Source of the DNA: Eledone cirrhosa
Lineage: Eukaryota
DNA: 64,000 nucleotides
Direction of reading: 5' to 3'
Assembly: GCA_964016885.1 (NCBI GenBank)
Contig: OZ024746.1
Span: 47,120,001 to 47,184,000, forward strand
The stretch's first letter is position 1, and each line of letters begins with the position of its first letter. A program made the translations under genes and the position numbers. The notes under the pieces were generated by a model. The model was not told the origin of the DNA, searched no databases, and saw only the letters and a list, made by a program, of their open reading frames with translations. Shown piece by piece: positions 24,013 through 35,612 of the stretch.

Positions 24013-26115
24013 GTGATAGTAACGAAGCTAGGATTAGAGAAATGCACACAACCTTATACCCCCCGACAACCAAGGTTCACACTGAAAGACCATAAGGAGG
24101 ACTTTGCAAGTAGCCCCTCTTTCGGGCTCATTAGCCCCTCTAAATCTGACATAGGGATTATAAGTAAAAAAATACTAGATGAAGTCATACCGAAAGTTAA
24201 AGACAGGATTAGCCTGGACCTATGGGGAAACACTGCAGAAGTGATAAAGTGGTTCTCAAGCATTAGCAACCACAAGTCACTACGCTTCATCCAGTTCGAT
24301 ATAGACTCCTACTATACGTCTATATCCCCCATACTACTAAATAAGTCGCTCATGTTGGCAATGCGGACGGGCGGACTCGCTAGATCCCAGATTGACATAG
24401 TCCTTGCCGCTCGTAAAACAATTATCACATTTGAGGATGAATTGTGGACGCGCAAGAACACTCGTAACAATTTCGACATCACTATGGGGTCTAGCGACTC
24501 AGCGCAGGTGACATACCTCGTCGGATTGTACCTGCTCAAGGAGCTCAACGAGCAGCTCCCACACCTCAGAGGTGGGCTATACCGTGACGACGCATTGCTT
24601 ACTGTGGACTTTAAACGGCACAACCTAGAAAGAACTAGAAAGGACCTTTATACATTCTTCAAGAATTTTAACCTATCAATAACTATGGATAGAAATAGTA
24701 AGGTAGTCAACTTTTTAGACGCCACACTAGACCTAGATAAGTTAGAATATGCACCGTACCATAAACCTAACGAAAGGCTGACGTACGTCAATGCCGGCTC
24801 CAACCACCCAGGCTCAGTCCTCAAAGCAATAGTTAAGGGAGTATCTAGTAGGATTAGCGGACTATCTAGCAGCGTGACCGCATTTGAAGCGAACGCGGAA
24901 TATTACAATAAGGCACTAGCTGGGTCAGGGCACAAAGATAAACTCCATTATGTTGAGACAGGCGGCACCACCCCGCCACCCCAGCCCAGAACTGTAATCA
25001 CGCACAATATGTCCATGGGAGTTGGAGGGAGAGCTAGAAAGACGAATGGGGACAATAGGAAGTTAGATAAGAACAGCAACACTCGCAACGCAGACACGGA
25101 CAGGGCCCGCACGCCTGGTAAGCGCTATGCCGCCCCGAGCAAGTCCAACAGTGAAAACGGAGGACAGAGGCCTAGGAGACTTGAGACCAACGCACATACC
25201 ACTGGGTGTACAGCAACCACACCTGGTGGAACCAGTAATAATATAGACGAAGAGAGGGCAAACTGCATAGGGGATAGGAAATGCAGTGGAAGGAATAGAA
25301 GACGTGATAGTACCTTCTTTAACCCGCCCTTCAACTCTAATGTTACTACAGACCTCCCCAAATCTTTTTTCTCTTTAATAGATAAGAACTTCCCCCCGGG
25401 TAGTAGGTACGGTAGTGTCATCAATAAGAATACTGTCAAGCTATCGTACTCTACAACCCCTAATCTGGCCTCACACCTAGCTAAGACCAATAAGAGTAAG
25501 ATCAAAGAGGGACTTAAGGCCATCCGAAATAGTGAACCACGCCAGCACACACGACAACACGGGACCAACCCACTGAGTGAAAGACCCAGGGGGATATTAG
25601 GCAATAGAACCGGTCCCACTAGGCAGCCCCGCGGCCGCTTGGAGGGACATGCATCCCTGATTGAGGGGCATGTCCCTACTAAAGAGTGTAATTGCAGAAG
25701 GAAGGACAAATGCCCACTAGCTGGACACTGCCTTATCAGGAACGTGGTATATGCTTGTAACGTAACCACAGGCACGTATACTAAGACGTACGTAGGATCA
25801 ACCGCTAATGAGTTCAAGACGAGGTTTAACGCCCACCAGCATAGCTTCCGATATGAGAAGCTTAAAAATACCACGTCGTTAGCGGGGCGTATACATAGCT
25901 TAAAACAAACAAAAACCCCCTACACACTCAGCTGGAGATGCCTTACTAAGGCTCCTCCATATAGCTCGTTGAGCAGGTGTTGTAGCCTGTGCCTATCTGA
26001 ATCTCATGCCATAGTATTCTCAGGGCTCAACTTGCTCAACAGGAGATCAGAAATCTTCTCGTCCTGCCCCCATACCATACTTAGCTCTTTCTTTTTCTTC
26101 AGACCGGACACATAG
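24013..26115 (+). CDS. PLE-1 reverse transcriptase plus C-terminal GIY-YIG endonuclease (Hydra-clade-like); N-terminus frameshifted/truncated
   Basis: RT motifs: FIQFDIDSYYTSI, MGSSDSAQV, GLYRDD, NFLDATLDL, YHKPN…SNHP. EN motifs: CNC…CPL..C..NVVY…YVGST…FKTRF.AH…CSLC..E…LNRRSE…CPH. The clade label is recalled, not computed. Confidence 0.9.
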   Translation: MIVTKLGLEKCTQPYTPRQPRFTLKDHKEDFASSPSFGLISPSKSDIGIISKKILDEVIPKVKDRISLDLWGNTAEVIKWFSSISNHKSLRFIQFDIDSYYTSISPILLNKSLMLAMRTGGLARSQIDIVLAARKTIITFEDELWTRKNTRNNFDITMGSSDSAQVTYLVGLYLLKELNEQLPHLRGGLYRDDALLTVDFKRHNLERTRKDLYTFFKNFNLSITMDRNSKVVNFLDATLDLDKLEYAPYHKPNERLTYVNAGSNHPGSVLKAIVKGVSSRISGLSSSVTAFEANAEYYNKALAGSGHKDKLHYVETGGTTPPPQPRTVITHNMSMGVGGRARKTNGDNRKLDKNSNTRNADTDRARTPGKRYAAPSKSNSENGGQRPRRLETNAHTTGCTATTPGGTSNNIDEERANCIGDRKCSGRNRRRDSTFFNPPFNSNVTTDLPKSFFSLIDKNFPPGSRYGSVINKNTVKLSYSTTPNLASHLAKTNKSKIKEGLKAIRNSEPRQHTRQHGTNPLSERPRGILGNRTGPTRQPRGRLEGHASLIEGHVPTKECNCRRKDKCPLAGHCLIRNVVYACNVTTGTYTKTYVGSTANEFKTRFNAHQHSFRYEKLKNTTSLAGRIHSLKQTKTPYTLSWRCLTKAPPYSSLSRCCSLCLSESHAIVFSGLNLLNRRSEIFSSCPHTILSSFFFFRPDT

Positions 26116-27454
26116 CCATGACACCACCCAGTCCTGCACATGGCGGCCCCGCTGGCGTACAGGGTGCTCTGTGGTAACCCCGGCCGCATGGATGCCTCGG
26201 CTCCCCGATTGGCGATGGGGACTCTGGTGAGGAACAGACGACCCTGTGTCCCAATTGCCAACCTGGGATTGGTGGCAACACTGTTGCTGGGCAACCTGGG
26301 GGCAGCTGATGCCTGCGATGCAGGACATCGTGAGGGCCTGGAACCACGTTGACTAATCTGAGAGGGTGCCGTCGGAGATGTATGTCAACAAACTCGAGAA
26401 CTGCCTAGGGAAACAGTAACAAAACACCCAATATGGCGGCCGCTCCCTGCCTATAGCCACTCACCCCCACCCCCTCCACTAGTAAACCCCCGCCCAAATA
26501 GATGGCCCCCCACCCCCCATTCTTTTGAGCTGGTTCTTTATTATCAGTGATTAGTTCTTTACTAATAGGAATTTTTTTTGTATTTCACCACAGTCGACAT
26601 AATGGGCTTGGAGAGTTGACATCCCTGAAGTTTGACCACTCGATAAGTTAGGGGTTGTGCCCCTTGATCAGGGGTGTGTATAGCTGGTCTACCTGCTGTC
26701 TGCTACTACCCGAGACTGGACACGGTCGTAGCCACAGGCCAGCGCGTGCGCGATAGCATAGAATGGATATTTTCTGCTGGTCACCCCGTGTAATATGATA
26801 CCCTAAGATTCCATGCTTGAGATTCACCGAAGCATGCGCAGTCTTAACCGGGAGATGACATGCGAACTTGAAAATACCACAAGCGAGACCCTCTGGATAA
26901 CGTAGACGCAGGACCATACCCGCAAATACATACCCTGATCTGTCTTGAATACACAGGGCTGACGGAATATGGATAACACGACCACCATCTAAGCTGAGAA
27001 CGACCCATACAGCAAACAAAGAGAGGACAGCCCTTCGCTTTTGACCAGTCGCGTGTGGACTTGGAGTTCGTAATATACCACCCCAGTCAAATCCACACTG
27101 GTTTTTTAACAATATAGCATGTGGACCAATACATCATGCGTGGCGAAACCTTGGACTTAGAACCAGCAGGCTCGTCTATCGCGAAAGCGTTCAACCCCTG
27201 AAACTAAAGGATCGAACGGACCACATCCGGCAACCACTGGCTATTAGATCCACAGGTACATCTCCCAGAGAGTCCACGCAGATAATAGTGAACCCCAGGT
27301 GATCTATGAACGTTTAAACAAGACCAGCTGCGCCTGGAGCTATGCAGATGACTGCTTACGCCTAGTGGATATCGTGCCTGGAGCTGTGCAGGGGACTGCA
27401 TAGGCAGAATGGATATCGCGCCCACACGGTCACCAGTAATGTTCATCCTGTTAT

Positions 27455-27610
27455 ATTTTTGTAATAATTTTATGATAATTTTGTAATAATTTTGCGATAA
27501 TTTTATGATAATTTGATAATTTTGTAATGATTTTGTGGTAATTTTGTGATGATTTGATAATTTTGTAATGATTTTGTGGTAATTTTGTAATGATTTTGTA
27601 ATAATTTTTA
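27455..27610. repeat. Degenerate 12-bp minisatellite (TTTTGTAATAAT-like)
   Basis: Direct read. Confidence 0.85.
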
Positions 27611-28525
27611 ATCCTGTATCAATAATTTTAGAATGTTTTTTTGTGATAATACAGGGTTAGGTCACTGAAGCTACCTTGTACCTTCTTAAAGATACATTTT
27701 ATGATTATTGTCTTTTTGCTTATGTATTTTCTTAGTTACCACTTTCTTTAATCTTGCCCAACTTGATAAACTCCTTGAATTGCTCCCTAATTAAATTGCT
27801 TAAATTGCTTAGATTGTTGTACCTATTATGCCTAAGTTGTATCTGTTGAAGCAGCCCTTTGAAAATTCCTCGGATATCCCAAATACCGTAATTTTTAACT
27901 TTTAACTTTTAATGTATAATTTTCCTCAATTCGTTTTTATATTTATCCTCAAAGGCTCTCTAAAATTTTAATTCTTCGAAGGGTCTCTCGGAAGAAGTTC
28001 CTATTGGAAATAGTAAAGGGGCCTTGTCTGAGAGATTTATGGAAGGCTCTCGGAATTAACCTCTAATTGATTAGTTTCTTTCAACCTAGTTTTCAATTCA
28101 GTTTTCTGAATTTTGTAAACGTGATCTCGGGGGAAGAAGGTTTTTTTCTTTCTGAAAAAATTTTTTTCTGTAGAAGAAATTTCATAGGAACTCTATATAT
28201 ATTTTTTAGGGAAACTTTATATTTTTATTTTCTTATTTTATTAGCCTCTTAATTTTCTTCTAGACTAATAGGTGTATTGGAGCCTGTAAGCTTTATGCAC
28301 TCATTGAGGGATTTTCTAAGGTGCTTCTGCGGGACCCCAAGTCTTTTGGTTTAATGTTGATGCGTGAATTATATATTTTTGTCTAATTTTTAAACTCCAA
28401 TCCCTGACCCCGACAACTAATATAAAAGAGCCCCCCTTAAAGCGGAGTTGCTGATGTATACAACAATTTCAAACTGCTAGCCTTGAGTGATACGTTGATG
28501 TAAACAATGATCTTGCAATCACATG

Positions 28526-28575
28526 TTATATGCCTTGATAAGTCCCACCATGGGGTCGGACGAAAATGTCATAAT
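28526..28575 (+). ncRNA. Possible variant hammerhead (U3:A8) near the PLE-1 3' end
   Basis: TTGATAA-GTCC-(caccatggggtc)-GGAC-GAAA-atGTC. Stem II is good; stems I and III are poor. Confidence 0.35.
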
Positions 28576-28701
28576 AGTTCCTTTGTTCTTTTTCACTAAT
28601 ATTTCTGCTCTGCGTATACGCATAGAGCTTAACTAGTTACCGTCACATATTTGGTAAGTCAGACGTGATCATCGCGATTCACATACGACCTACCATACAT
28701 C

Positions 28702-28756
<55 letters not shown>

Positions 28757-28838
28757 CATATGATTTTTGCGTTTCGCTTCGCTTTTCCTGCCCCCCGAAA
28801 TGCGATTCGCGCTGAATCTTTATTTGTATATATGTATA

Positions 28839-28891
<53 letters not shown>

Positions 28892-29498
28892 ACTCCCATG
28901 TACGTCAATACTCATCTTTTTCCATTTATCTGAGGGTTCTAAACCCCATTATCAGACTAAAATTTCTTTAGTCAAAAGATACGGTGAAAGCTATTCTATT
29001 TTCTAATTTCAAACCTTCTCACTGTTTCAAAACATATTTACATATATATATATATATATATATTACTCAATACCGAGTACTCATTTTTGTCACCTGTGAA
29101 CCGCATACGGATATATGTATATTTGGATGGCCCTTAGCAATATGTGATTTTCCGAAAGTTAAAATTTTGCTGCGCCCACAGGAGAAAATAGGTGTTTGCT
29201 CTATACCTGCGCTCTGTCCCCAGCTTTACAAGTTGCTTTCCCCATTATATTTATTGTCACTTATCCTTCTAATACCAAGAATAAGGCTGAAGAAGTTTTT
29301 AATTTAAAAGAAAATTATATAAAAGATAAACATTTTTTATCTGAAAAAATGACTTTCCGGGCGAAACTTTCATAATTTCTAGTTCGACGAGGGTTGCCTT
29401 GCAGTTGCAAATTTTTGCCTAGATAGATTTTTTTTTGTAATCGAAACAAGATAGAAGGGTAGCAGTTAAACTTTTAGAAAGTTAAAAATAGGGGCCAC

Positions 29499-29555
<57 letters not shown>

Positions 29556-29923
29556 TATATACCTAGATGCATAGACAAATAAATAAATATATGTATATAT
29601 ATATATGTGTGTGTATATATGCGTGTGCTTGTATTATTTCTCTTAGAGAATACAAGTAGTTTGACGAAGATTTCAGTCACTAACATAGTTATTTGAAGCA
29701 CTAGCATTAGACACTGTGTCTCGGATTCTACACGTTATAACATTCCATTAGTTTTCTGGAGTTACAAATCATGTCCATTTCAATTCGCTTCCCATTTAGC
29801 TTTCAATTAGTTGTGATAGAGCTTTATGAATGTTGAATTAATTTAGATATATATAAATGTACATATATATTTATATATATATACATAAATGAGAAAAACC
29901 ACAGACCCTCCATCTCAACTGTA

Positions 29924-29960
29924 CTTTTGAAAAGGAGAAGAACTGCGAAACCGGTAAAGG
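29924..29960 (+). ncRNA. Variant hammerhead (U3:A8) in a short TA-flanked pseudo-LTR remnant (~29890-30095)
   Basis: ctt-TTGAAAA-ggag(aagaa)ctgc-GAAAC-CG-GTA-aag. Confidence 0.55.
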
Positions 29961-30095
29961 AACCAAATAAATATATTAATTTTTTTTTAAATAAGACTCC
30001 AGTTGCATTTTCGATTTCATCTTTTTTTCTTTATACTTTCACTCGTGTAGGACACCTAGGTTATTTTACATTTAAAAAAAAAAACTCACTTTCTA

Positions 30096-30138
<43 letters not shown>

Positions 30139-30141
<3 letters not shown>

Positions 30142-30385
30142 AATAGAATGAAACGAAATTTCATTTCAAACTCTTAGTACGGCAGTTACTTAAATGTAAG
30201 TATGTATGTTATATATACGTACATACATATATGTATACAGAAGACGTACAGTAGTATGTATATATACACATACATGCACACACATATATATATGCAACTA
30301 TCGGTTTACCGAACATTTATTATAATGCTCGGTTTGTTTGTAAACAAACAAACAGCCCGAATTACGCCGTATAGTGTTCAGGCAA
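30139..30385 (-). repeat. Diverged antisense copy of the 420-nt HHR-unit 3' part, fused to the PLE-2 5' end
   Basis: aatgaaacgaaatttcatttc..actcttagtacggc.gttacttaaat…ccgaacatttattataatgctc…gtttgtaaacaaaca matches 23285-23505. Confidence 0.8.
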
Positions 30386-30626
30386 TATATGCACACACAT
30401 ATACAACACTCATCCCAACAACAACAGACACACAGACACAAACAACAATAACAACAACACACACACCAACAACAACAACAATAATAACATACTCAGAAAC
30501 AACAACAACGGACACGCAGACACAAACAACAATAACAACACACACAACATTAATAACACACACGGAGACAACAACAACACACATCAACAACAGCACACAT
30601 CAACAACAACAACACACACACATTCA

Positions 30627-33323
30627 ATGCCTCCCACCACCACCACAATCTTAACAAACACACAGACACAGAGAACATGTAATGACAGTAGCACAGAAAT
30701 CATAGAAATAAAGGAAAGCAATAGGATTAAAAGGAGAAGGGAGACTAAGGACAAAGAAAATAACCAAGACGAACACACAGACACAGAAAATAGGGTAGAT
30801 AACAACAATGAGCCAGTGGAAAGAGACAGGAGTAATTATGAGAGACATAGAAACAACCATGAGGCTGTTGGTGGAAATAGAAATAGAAACAACACAACTA
30901 ACAATAACAATAGCACTAGTACACATAAAGCAGCAGCCTGGAACTCTACGTTTTATAATCCCTCCGATAAATCGTTCGACTTGCGACAAGTCCACGCCAC
31001 GACTCTACCATTTAACAAACGCACGCAATTGCCGTCGCAGGTCGATGAACAAACAGAAGCACAATTTAGTATAGCTAGATCCGAACTTAGAAATATTATA
31101 GAACAGTATAGCAAGAAGCATAATAGAATGGAGGCCCAGCAACTGGGAGAAAAATCTGCAAATGGCTTGCGTAAGCTCATGCAGCGCTCGCGTAATGGAG
31201 AGATAGCATGCTTTCCAACAGACAAGTCTGGCAGAATGTCGGTTGACAGCCTGCCAAACTACATCCAGGCAATGCAACCCCACATCACTAACACAAGAGA
31301 GGTAACACCACAGGAGCATGAGGATAGAGAAAAAGCCCTCAATGCCCATATGGTGATGTGGACGAATATAATGCAGCCCAACAAAAGAACTGCCAACAAC
31401 TTCCAGGCCTGGAACAATGACGTGCCGGCGTTGTATGGGCTTCGAAAAGACCATAAAACGGGCAGTGACCCTGTCGCGGGACCACCAACACGGCCAGTCT
31501 GTGGAGCTAACATTGCTAGTAACTACAGACTGTCCTACTTCCTCTCCCTGATCATACGCCCCATCATTGAAATGTCCCCAGATGTATGTGACAGCACGGA
31601 GGACTTCCTCGGCAGAATCGGCGTGAGTAACCGATCTAGGGACCTAACAAACTGCATAATAGGTAGTATGGATGTTGTGTCCCTGTATTCATCTATTGAC
31701 GTGGATTTTGCTGTGGAGAAATGCGTAGAAATGATCAGTGAGAGCAATGTTGAGTTCCGTGGGATTGATACCAGTGAGTTGGGACTCCTACTTAAACTTA
31801 CCTATAGTAATAATTACCTAGACACATATGACCTTAGCAACCTGTGCCCTACAAGACCAGCAAGAGGCAGACCACCTACCATTACCTCAATGGCCAAGAA
31901 AACCCACACAGATAGATGGAACGGGTGGACCAGAGCCATACGGACACCCGAAAACCACGATGAACTGAAGAAAATGATTGCACATGCGGTAGGGGCCAGC
32001 ATAAAACTAACCCTTAAGGAACATATGTTCAAACTTAATGGAAGAACATATGCCCAAGAGGAAGGAGCAGCCATTGGTGTTACTATTGCAGGCGACATAG
32101 CTAACTTATTCATGGTATGGTGGGACAGTAGACTTAAACTTAAACTTAAAGAACAATTAGAAGACCCCTTAACCCTGATAATGTACTCCCGCTACGTTGA
32201 TGATATAAACATCGTAGTTAAGACACCCCCACTAGAGAACAGTCAGGAACTAGAGAAAAACACAATGGAAAGCATCCAGCAAATAGCTAACTCCATCCAC
32301 CAGAGCATTAGAGTTACTATAGACTACCCAAGTAAACACCCCAACCATCGATTACCTGTACTAGACACAGAGCTCTGGTTAGATACCATTAATAACAAAA
32401 AACAAATCCTCCATTCCCATTATGCCAAACCCATGACTTCCAAACATCTGATCCACCGAAACTCGGCCGTTTCGGACCATACCAAAATCAACATACTGAT
32501 TGCGGATTTGGTACGGGTGATGAGAAACGTGTCCCGCATGTGCAAGCCCGAAGAACTAGAGAGACACATACAACACTTCATCCACCGTATGCAGTTCTCT
32601 GGCTACAATCAGAGAGATAAAATCAGAGTGTATAGAGGAGCCAGAACTAAATGGGAAAAAATGGTAAATAATGACATAAATGGGACCTGCCCCTTGTATA
32701 GGAGCAAATTTTGGAATAGAATAGAAAGAACTAGGAACAAGGCTAATAGAATAAACTCATGGTATGATAGCAATAAATACCAGAGTGTAATGTTCATCGA
32801 TACAACCCCTAGAGGTGAATTAGCTTACAAATTTAGAAGGGCCCTAAATAAACATAAACTCAATATTAAGATAGTAGAAAGACCAGGTACCTCCGTAAAA
32901 ACACTTATTAGCAAGACGTACCCTTTCCAAAGAGCCTCATGTATAGATAAAAAATGTATAACCTGGAAAATAAGCCCCCATATTAACTGTAAAACTAGAA
33001 ATGAAGTGTATAGCATAAGATGTACTGAAGGACAATGTAGAGACAAAAATATAGTGTACATAGGTGAGACAGCTCGTAGTGTAGGGGAACGGATAAATGA
33101 ACACTGGCGAGACCTTCAAGATAGTAAAGAATCATCTGTACTCTACCAACATGCTAAAATAGAACACAAGGGTAAATTAGAGAACATAGAAATAAAAATA
33201 GAATCTACACACAGAAAAGATAAAATGTTTAGACAAATTACAGAGGCAATAACCATAAAAGAATTACAACCAAAATTAAATACAAAATATGAGTGGAACA
33301 ACAACATCACAACTTACAATTAA
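30627..33323 (+). CDS. PLE-2 reverse transcriptase plus GIY-YIG endonuclease (898 aa)
   Basis: PTDKSGR, LYGLRKDHK, PTRPVCG, SMDVVSLY, QEEGAAIG, YSRYVDD, LPVLD, YAKPM; a Cys-rich linker; VYSIRC…YIGETARS..ER..EH…RQITEA…LNTK.EW. Confidence 0.93.
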   Translation: MPPTTTTILTNTQTQRTCNDSSTEIIEIKESNRIKRRRETKDKENNQDEHTDTENRVDNNNEPVERDRSNYERHRNNHEAVGGNRNRNNTTNNNNSTSTHKAAAWNSTFYNPSDKSFDLRQVHATTLPFNKRTQLPSQVDEQTEAQFSIARSELRNIIEQYSKKHNRMEAQQLGEKSANGLRKLMQRSRNGEIACFPTDKSGRMSVDSLPNYIQAMQPHITNTREVTPQEHEDREKALNAHMVMWTNIMQPNKRTANNFQAWNNDVPALYGLRKDHKTGSDPVAGPPTRPVCGANIASNYRLSYFLSLIIRPIIEMSPDVCDSTEDFLGRIGVSNRSRDLTNCIIGSMDVVSLYSSIDVDFAVEKCVEMISESNVEFRGIDTSELGLLLKLTYSNNYLDTYDLSNLCPTRPARGRPPTITSMAKKTHTDRWNGWTRAIRTPENHDELKKMIAHAVGASIKLTLKEHMFKLNGRTYAQEEGAAIGVTIAGDIANLFMVWWDSRLKLKLKEQLEDPLTLIMYSRYVDDINIVVKTPPLENSQELEKNTMESIQQIANSIHQSIRVTIDYPSKHPNHRLPVLDTELWLDTINNKKQILHSHYAKPMTSKHLIHRNSAVSDHTKINILIADLVRVMRNVSRMCKPEELERHIQHFIHRMQFSGYNQRDKIRVYRGARTKWEKMVNNDINGTCPLYRSKFWNRIERTRNKANRINSWYDSNKYQSVMFIDTTPRGELAYKFRRALNKHKLNIKIVERPGTSVKTLISKTYPFQRASCIDKKCITWKISPHINCKTRNEVYSIRCTEGQCRDKNIVYIGETARSVGERINEHWRDLQDSKESSVLYQHAKIEHKGKLENIEIKIESTHRKDKMFRQITEAITIKELQPKLNTKYEWNNNITTYN

Positions 33324-33523
33324 GGACAAAATGAAAACACACACACACATAGAACAAACAACCAACCAGTAACATGTAAATAAACAAATAAATAAATGAA
33401 CATAAACACACATAGACACCCGGATGTGGCGCATGCGCAGACTGAGCACACAACACACACACAGAAACAAAATTGCGTAGGACAGAACAAAGGAGAGGCA
33501 CAGAAACAAAGAAAAGAATCCCC

Positions 33524-33568
33524 AGTCACTGAAGAGGTCACAGAGTGTGTGACGAAAGAACTATGACT
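33524..33568 (+). ncRNA. Type I hammerhead ribozyme in the PLE-2 pseudo-LTR
   Basis: agtca-CTGAAGA-g-gtcac(agagtgt)gtgac-GAAA-gaac-TA-tgact, with a 5-bp stem I. Confidence 0.85.
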
Positions 33569-33716
33569 ATATATAAACAACTATCTGGTTGTGGAACCAA
33601 CCAACCAACCAGAAATTTATAAATTTATAAATTTATTATAAATTTATTATAATAAATTGAAGTGAAAGCAACTGGTGCGTGTGTTTCTTATTGGCAACAT
33701 GACCCTCCCAAAGTAT

Positions 33717-33814
<98 letters not shown>

Positions 33815-33889
33815 GGCAGAACATATACATTATATGCATATATATAATGTATATGTTTCTCCGTCTCTCTCTCTGTATATATATATATA

Positions 33890-34500
33890 AATGGTGGCTG
33901 CCAACTCGTTTTCGAGTACGGCCACTACTTTATATTCATGTAGGAGAACCCCTACCGATGCGCTGAACGAGTGTGACTTTTTAGTCCAGCCAGCGACTTG
34001 AAAACTCTGGTACCAACGCTACACTTGTGACAATTATTGACACATAGTGCTAGGCCCATTGTGCCATGTGACGACAAGTGCAGAGAGATCTCCAGATATA
34101 AAGCAATGCCTGTGCTGTGAAGCTTTTATAGTGAGCAAAGGCACTGCACAAAGCCAGTCCCACTCTCTTAACCAAGATGATATTTACCAAAAAGAAGAAC
34201 AAGTCAACATCATTGGATACAATCAGGGTTGCAGGTGTTATATCAGAGTTTTCCTTCTCCTAGAATTCTGCCTTGACAAAGGCTAAGGGGTCATCTCTCC
34301 CAGTGATTTTGGATGGCCATTGACTCTTAAGAGCTCCTTTGCCCATTGACAGGTTTTGTTTTTGGTCCTGCAGGATGTCCAAAGTCACCCTCCTCAACAA
34401 GAAACCTTGGTGGCGTTGCCAGTTTAGTCGCCAACGACCCGACCATGAGACAGGTTGTACTGGGATACATGTTACCAGTAGCACCAACTGGTGGCCTGAC
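33890..34500 (-). mobile_element. Short internally deleted, non-autonomous RTE derivative
   Basis: The 5' part matches the RTE 5' UTR (cactgggag…ttctaggagaagg…atgatgttga…agagagtggga…gcacaggcattgc). The 3' part encodes an FKSLAGLKSH zinc-finger remnant and ends GGCCGTACTCGAAAACGAGTTGGCAGCCACCAT. Confidence 0.8.
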
Positions 34501-34507
34501 ACACATG

Positions 34508-34768
<261 letters not shown>

Positions 34769-35100
34769 AGGCATTAATTGTAAAAAGAACTAATATAAAC
34801 ATTTGACAGTATATATCTTATTTTCACAAAAATATGTTCGGCGTTTCACCGACGAAAGGGACATCTGACTAGAAGCTTATTGGGACAATGGTATATATGG
34901 AAGAAATTAGTAATAGTGGGATAATTATAATGAATAAAGAAAATATGCAAAAAGTAATAAAAAAAACTATCAAACATTGTATACGAAAGGTATGGAATGA
35001 TTTTAAAATGTACTATAATTAATAAAGATAAGTAATATAGATACCAAACGTACAAAATGTATAGAATTATATTTATGCAAAGATACGCGTTGTCCTTAAA

Positions 35101-35172
<72 letters not shown>

Positions 35173-35314
35173 GAATGATGTTGAAGTGTGTATATATTTA
35201 TATATATATACAATTCAACATCATTCGAATAAATATTGCCTTTACAGGTAATCAAAGTGTGTATACATTTTAGGGAGACAGAGACACCCAGTATATATAT
35301 AAGAAATAAGCGAA

Positions 35315-35401
<87 letters not shown>

Positions 35402-35414
35402 CACACACACAAAC

Positions 35415-35612
35415 ACTTTTCGCATATTTCATCTCCATCCTCATCATCAAAGTTTTCTGTCGCCTGCTTGAGCATCATTCTGGAGAAAGTGGTGAAGAAC
35501 GTTGATGCTAGGACGCAGCCCTGCTTCACTCCATTGATGATCGTGAATGGCTCTGAGAGATCACTTCTGAGTCAGACATGGCCACGCTGATCCTCCTGTA
35601 GCTGGATGACCC
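35415..35612 (-). pseudogene. RTE reverse-transcriptase fragment
   Basis: LSEPFTIINGVKQGCVLASTFFT..F..ML, with an upstream stop. Confidence 0.8.

Larger units (their letters stand above)
23852..28706 (+). mobile_element. 5'-truncated Penelope-like element (PLE-1) with a ~2.6-kb downstream non-coding region ending at (TA)n
   Basis: Coding similarity starts at ~23852 (ILVPSDKTRNMY…YKK), with a frameshift near 23970 into the main ORF. No (TA)n tract occurs until 28707. Assigning the whole 3' region to this element is inferred. Confidence 0.7.
30386..33722 (+). mobile_element. Penelope-like element (PLE-2), probably 5'-truncated, with an HHR-bearing pseudo-LTR ending in (TA)n
   Basis: RT-GIY-YIG ORF plus a 400-nt 3' UTR identical in family to the palindrome at 19982-20685. 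Confidence 0.9.

Noticed and set aside
25125-25874. 249-aa antisense ORF in PLE-1 (and similar antisense ORFs over the other LINE ORFs)
   Set aside because: These are shadow ORFs of A/C-rich coding strands with no recognisable motifs.
24013-26115. PLE-1 as a Naiad/selenoprotein PLE
   Set aside because: The GIY-YIG domain is C-terminal (Naiads have N-terminal EN), and the ORF has no in-frame UGA.
29060-29502. Possible DNA transposon/MITE between TA tracts
   Set aside because: The termini (gagtactcattttt vs aaaaataggggccactc) are too imperfect to call.
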